The notes under the pieces: model-generated
What the model saw: only the letters and a program-made list of their open reading frames with translations
Told to the model about the DNA's origin: nothing
Databases searched by the model: none
Translations under genes and position numbers: made by a program
Source: an uncultured Pseudomonadota bacterium
GTDB taxonomy: Bacteria > CALINM01
Assembly: GCA_964540515.1 (NCBI GenBank)
Contig: CAZIMS010000001.1
Coordinates: forward strand, 155,218-219,217
DNA length: 64,000 bases
Direction: 5' to 3'
Part shown: positions 59,950 through 64,000 of the stretch, one piece after another
Position numbering within the stretch: the first letter of the stretch is position 1
Layout of the letters: each line of letters starts with the position of its first letter

Positions 59950-60689
59950 TGCGTCTTTACAACATTACCATGACAGAATTAAAAAGAAACATCAAAAAAC
60001 ATCCGATTGTTATAGTACCTTTAGGCTCTTTAGAAGAACATGGCCCCCATCTACCTCTTGGGACAGACACTATCCAAGTTGAAGAAATTTTACGTATAGT
60101 AGAAAAGGAGACAAATGTTTTTATTGCACCAGCTATCAATTATGGTGTTTGTAGAAGCACAGAACAACACATAGGAACTGTAGGTATATCTCCTACAACA
60201 TTAAGATTATTAACTAAGGATTTGCTTGGAGCTCTAATGAATCAAGGTTTTAAAGCAATTTTTTTTATCTCTGGCCATGCAGGGAAGCTCCATAGCTTCT
60301 CTGTCATAGAGGCCTGCGAAGAGTTCCTAAAAGACAATCATAATGTAAGGATCTTTTACTTCTCAGAGCTAGAGTTAATAAGTAATGATGTATTTAGTTT
60401 TATTGAAACAAGTTATGATTCTCACGCAGGAGAGATAGAGACATCAAGGATGCTCTATATCAACCCCTCTCTTGTGAAAGGCGATTTTAAAAAACTTGCA
60501 CCTGACAGACCTAACTTCCCACAAGGAGAGATCTTAAAAGATAAGGTAGGGCATTGGAAAAGCGGTATCTGGGGCGACCCCACAAAGGCTGAAAAAGGTA
60601 AGGGAGAAAAAAGCCTTTACCTCTCTGCAAAAAAGATAATAGAAATAATAAATACGATTCAAAAAGAAATAAAGGAGAAGCATCCCTAA
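59949..60689 (+). CDS. creatininase-family amidohydrolase
   Basis: 246 aa. VPLGSLEEHGPHLPLGTD metal-binding motif of the creatininase fold. Confidence 0.7.
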   Translation: MRLYNITMTELKRNIKKHPIVIVPLGSLEEHGPHLPLGTDTIQVEEILRIVEKETNVFIAPAINYGVCRSTEQHIGTVGISPTTLRLLTKDLLGALMNQGFKAIFFISGHAGKLHSFSVIEACEEFLKDNHNVRIFYFSELELISNDVFSFIETSYDSHAGEIETSRMLYINPSLVKGDFKKLAPDRPNFPQGEILKDKVGHWKSGIWGDPTKAEKGKGEKSLYLSAKKIIEIINTIQKEIKEKHP

Positions 60690-60854
60690 TTTCGTGATGG
60701 AAAACAATAAAGGATTACCTTATTCTTTATTTAACCAAACAAATAGCACAGGAGATGAGCCCTGAAGGAGATTAAAACCTTGGTACAGGATAGAAAATGT
60801 GGACACTAATTGTAATAATACAAATAAGTAGGTTCCAAATGGAGAGATTACCCT

Positions 60855-61256
60855 ATGGCAAGTACACAAAAGATTTTGGGTGTAAGCAGTAAAACTTATA
60901 ATTGAGGGAAGGATTGTGAATCCATCAACTCCCAGAAATTTATTAATGAATAAATAATACCACTTGAACAGTTTGGGATAAGAGCATCAATGAGAATAAA
61001 AGGTAACTGTTATGACAATGCCCCTATGGAGAGTTTTTGGGGGATCCTTAAGCAAGGAACTTGTATATCACCGAAAATATAGAAGCAAAAAAAGAGGCGA
61101 TGGAAGATATAAGAGAGTATATAGAGATATTTTATAATCGTCAAAGGAAACGGGCAAAACTTGATTATTTATCACCAGTTGCTTATGAAAAGAAATATTA
61201 TGAAAAAAAGAAGGTAACATGACCCAATTCGTGTCCACTATCGACATCGGTGGTCA
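60855..61256 (+). mobile_element. IS3-family insertion-sequence scar: frameshifted, internally deleted OrfB fragments plus the right terminal inverted repeat
   Basis: Reads ..QKILGVSSKTY.. (OrfB N-terminal HTH-like piece), then ..LEQFGIRASMRIKGNCYDNAPMESFWGILKQ, then a +1 frameshift, then ELVYHRKYRSKKEAMEDIREYIEIFYNRQRKRAKLDYLSPVAYEKKYY* (classic C-terminus of the IS3 integrase-core domain). The DDE core between the two pieces is missing. About 30 nt after the stop the sequence ends ...CGTGTCCACTATCGACATCGGTGGTCA; on the other strand that is TGACCACC.., an IS3-type TG...CA terminus. Coordinates are +/-2. Confidence 0.65.
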
Positions 61257-61298
61257 AAAAAAACCACACTGTTAAATTTTTGTAAAGATAAGAAAATA

Positions 61299-62612
61299 GT
61301 GATAATATATATAAAAAGACTTTTCGACAATTCTGGATTTTTAAGGTATCTTAAAAATACCTCCTGGCTATTAGTAGAAAAAGCCCTACGACTTGTCGTT
61401 GGGTTGTTTATAGGAGTGTGGGTAGCACGTTATTTAGGACCAGCACAGTTTGGGCTTTTGAACTATGCACAGGCATTTGTGGCGCTTTTTAGTGCTATAG
61501 CGACACTTGAGCTCGATGGAATAGTGATAAGGGAGATAGCGAAGGATGAAAGTAAGAAGGGTGAGCTTATAGGAACAGCCTTTTGGTTAAAGGTCATGGG
61601 AGCTATTGCTACATTCATTATTTTGGCAATAGTTATAAATTTCACTTCTAATGATAATTTTACGAATCTACTAATTTTTATAATTGCAAGTTCAACTATA
61701 TTCCAGTCCTTAAATGTAATAGATATGTATTTTCAGGCAAAGGTGTTGGTGAAATACATTGCTTTGGCTAATTCCATAAGCCTACTTATATCCAGCATAG
61801 TAAAAGTAATATTAATCTTAGCCAAAGCTCCTTTAATTTATTTTGCTGTATCGGTGCTATTTGATAGCTTAATTTTAGCATTGGGGTATATTTATTTTTA
61901 CTTTAAGAATATGGGGTTTTTTCTAAAGAATCTGCATTTTAAGAAAGACTCTGCTACAGCCCTACTTAGGGATTCTTGGCCTCTTGTTTTGAGTGGTATA
62001 GTAATTATGATTTATATGCGCATAGATCAGGTTATGATTCAGAACATGCTTGGAAGCGAAGCTACAGGCATATACTCTGCAGCGGTAAGAATTAGTGAAG
62101 CATGGTATTTTATACCAATGGTTATTACTTCGTCACTTTTCCCTGCAATAATCAATTCTAAAAAACATAGTGAGAATCTTTACTAAACAAGGCTTCAACG
62201 TCTATTTGATTTGATGGTATGGTTATCAATATCAATTGCATTGCTAACAACCTTATTGAGTGATTGGATTGTAAACTTACTCTATGGAAAAGCTTATTAT
62301 GAATCTTCAGTCGTGCTAGTCATTCACATATGGGCAGGGGTATTTGTCAGCTTAGGAGTGTCGAGTAGTGGTTGGTTGCTGAGTGAAAATTTGACACGCA
62401 TTTCCTTTTGGAGGGCTTTTTATGGAATGATTTTTAATGTTTTTTTAAACTATATTTTAATACCAAAAATTGGAGCAAAAGGCGCTGCCTTATCAACTTT
62501 AATTAGTTACTTTGTCGCCGCATTCTTTTTTGATTTTTTTAATAGAAAAACAAAACCGATTTTTTATATGAAGTTAAATACATTGAATTTTAGGAGAACT
62601 TTATTCTTATGA
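61299..62612 (+). pseudogene. Wzx/MOP-superfamily oligosaccharide flippase interrupted by an in-frame TAA (62184-62186)
   Basis: Track ORFs 61299..62186 and 62211..62612 are in the same reading frame. They are separated only by one TAA (...HSENLY*TRLQRLFDLMVWLS...). Together they make a 437-aa polytopic polysaccharide-biosynthesis flippase. Confidence 0.6.
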
Positions 62613-62772
62613 TCAGAAATATTTCAGAAAATTCTATTTCTGTTCCTGACCATTCGGTTTTTTCTAATAAATATGAGTTTAGGTTAATTGACGTAATTAA
62701 ATTTGAAATTAAAAGCTTTATAGGCAGGTTTTTTTTAATAAGTTTAAACCTAAAGTTTCAAATAAATTTGGT

Positions 62773-63282
62773 TTGAAATTGCTTAACTTAGTATGCGGGG
62801 ATAGGTATTTTAATGGGTATGTAAATGCAGATTTTTTTACATTTAATATCAAATTTTGGAAAAGGAAAACTAAGAAAATTGATTGGATGTTAGATTTAAG
62901 ATATCCACTTAAATGTTCTGACAATTATTGGGATGGTATTTTTTGTGAACATACATTAGAACATCTAACACCTGTACATGCTTTTAACCTATTAAGGGAA
63001 TTATTTAGAGTTTTAAAACCAGGATGCTTTCTGAGGATTACAGTTCCTGACCTTGAGAAATATATTGCCTACTACTGCAAAAAGAATATACATGAAAATT
63101 TTAAAAAATGCTCTACTGGCGCTGAGGCTATCAGATCGCTAACTCAAAATTGGGGACATCGTTCTGTCTGGTATTACCAACTTTTATCAATGTTTTTATC
63201 GAAAATAGGATTTGTTGATGTTAAAAGAGTTGCTTATGGTGAGGGTAGAGATGAAAATTTGCTTTTGGATTTTAAAGATTGA
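62773..63282 (+). CDS. class I SAM-dependent methyltransferase (glycan-modification type)
   Basis: 169 aa. LNLVCGDRYFNGYVNAD matches the LNLGCG-x-G-x-N-x-D motif I. Later LKPGCFLRITVPD is a motif-II/III-like region. Confidence 0.5.
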   Translation: MKLLNLVCGDRYFNGYVNADFFTFNIKFWKRKTKKIDWMLDLRYPLKCSDNYWDGIFCEHTLEHLTPVHAFNLLRELFRVLKPGCFLRITVPDLEKYIAYYCKKNIHENFKKCSTGAEAIRSLTQNWGHRSVWYYQLLSMFLSKIGFVDVKRVAYGEGRDENLLLDFKD

Positions 63283-63378
63283 GAGTGGGAAACTCTATAT
63301 ATAGAAGCAAGAAAGCCAACTATTTAGGAATGCTTTTATTTTTCATATAAACCGAATTAAAATAAATAGGATTTTATT

Positions 63379-64000
63379 ATGATCACAAAGATATTAAAGA
63401 AGTTTATTACTTCGAATATTAAAGAGCAAATAAGAAATTTTAAAATATTGGCTGTTGATTACGGACAATATAAAACTATTAAGCTTTGGAAATGTATAGA
63501 TAAACATGGGAACGAAATTCCTTGGTATACTTATCCTGCAATTGAGTTTCTAAATACATTTAATTTTCAAGAAAAAATAGTTTTTGAATTTGGTAGCGGT
63601 AATTCATCTGTTTATTGGGCAAAGAGAGCAAAAAAGGTTATTTCTGTTGAACATGATTTAGAGTGGTTTAATAAGATTAAAAATTCTTCTCTTAGCAACC
63701 AAAGTATAATTTATAAACAAGACAATGAAGAGTACGAGAATTCTATTTTAGAATTTAATGCAAAATTTGATGTTATAATAATTGATGGAATTCGTAGATT
63801 TCAATGTGCAAAAGCAATTGAAAACAGTGTTAACAAAGAATCGGAAGAAGGATTCATGATAATCTTAGATAATTCTGATTGGTATCATAAAACAGCGAAA
63901 TATATAAGAGAGAAAATGGATCCGATTCAGGTTGATTTTCATGGTTTTAGTCCTATAAATAACTATACATTGTCAACTTCTATATTTTTTTCAAGAAATT
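63379..64000 (+). CDS. methyltransferase-like protein, 3' end outside the window
   Basis: ATG at 63379. The frame is open to the window end. FEFGSGNSSVYWAKRAKKVISVEHD resembles a Rossmann SAM motif. VIIIDG is a motif-II-like acidic end. Confidence 0.35.
   Translation, partial: MITKILKKFITSNIKEQIRNFKILAVDYGQYKTIKLWKCIDKHGNEIPWYTYPAIEFLNTFNFQEKIVFEFGSGNSSVYWAKRAKKVISVEHDLEWFNKIKNSSLSNQSIIYKQDNEEYENSILEFNAKFDVIIIDGIRRFQCAKAIENSVNKESEEGFMIILDNSDWYHKTAKYIREKMDPIQVDFHGFSPINNYTLSTSIFFSRN

Noticed and set aside
61299-62612. Two separate genes (295 aa and 133 aa) as drawn in the ORF track
   Set aside because: They share the same frame and are separated by a single TAA. The 133-aa piece starts with TTG and has no RBS. 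Together they form one flippase-length protein.
1-64000. CRISPR arrays, tRNA and rRNA genes
   Set aside because: No regularly spaced direct repeats of 24-40 bp were seen. The few intergenic regions over 100 bp (26514-26884, 36431-36604, 60690-61298) are AT-rich or IS-derived and lack GC-rich cloverleaf stems.

Overview
This window is AT-rich bacterial chromosomal DNA, apparently from an anaerobe, with dense coding and almost no long non-coding stretches. I called about 58 protein genes and found no rRNA, tRNA or CRISPR array.

Gene order from the start of the window:
- 1-345: the 5' end of an HD-domain hydrolase gene on the minus strand.
- 414-6506: tkt, a DUF465 gene, ilvD, ilvB and ilvN on the plus strand, closed by a hairpin shared with the next block.
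- 6563-26513: a roughly 20-kb, entirely minus-strand catabolic block, described below.
- 26514-26884: a 371-bp AT-rich divergent control region.
- 26885-30185: dnaJ and comEC.
- 30187-37900: membrane and transport genes (UPF0016/GDT1, EamA, SPFH, MFS, a fused TRAP permease with its TAXI receptor, TldD/PmbA).
- 37949-42276: a GNAT acetyltransferase, recN, nadK, an Rrf2 regulator and an NAD-dependent oxidoreductase.
- 42350-45226: a 958-aa secreted, outer-membrane-type protein with an unusual three-domain architecture.
- 45236-48822: panE and a Ca-type P-type ATPase.
- 48873-55363: a complete trpEGDCFBA operon.
- 55426-60689: a class-II phosphodiesterase-like MBL protein, folC, lptD, engB and a creatininase-family protein.
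- 60690-61298: a decayed IS3-family transposase scar that keeps its right terminal repeat.
- 61299-64000: an AT-richer glycan-modification islet (an interrupted Wzx-type flippase and methyltransferases).

The minus-strand block looks like an anaerobic aromatic/amino-acid degradation supra-operon:
- Ring cleavage: a BamA/Oah-type 6-oxocyclohexenoyl-CoA hydrolase that carries both diagnostic bamA primer-site motifs (QYNSYTT and QEIGM).
- Beta-oxidation: an enoyl-CoA hydratase, a 3-hydroxyacyl-CoA dehydrogenase, a glutaryl-CoA-dehydrogenase-like acyl-CoA dehydrogenase, and a DUF35 + SCP-x thiolase pair.
- Activation and entry: an AMP-forming acyl-CoA ligase, phenylacetate-CoA ligase PaaK, and indolepyruvate:ferredoxin oxidoreductase IorAB.
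- Uptake: a Liv-type ABC transporter.
- Unassigned: a PanE-type reductase, an amidohydrolase_2 protein, and an HgdAB/BcrBC-type radical-enzyme pair with no activator ATPase anywhere in the operon.

That orphan HgdAB/BcrBC-type pair and its neighbours are the best candidate for something not yet described.

Sequence-level anomalies:
- trpE has ACG where its SD-spaced start codon should be.
- The flippase has an in-frame TAA.
- The IS transposase is frameshifted and internally deleted.

All functional calls come from reading motifs in the translated ORFs. No database search was run.
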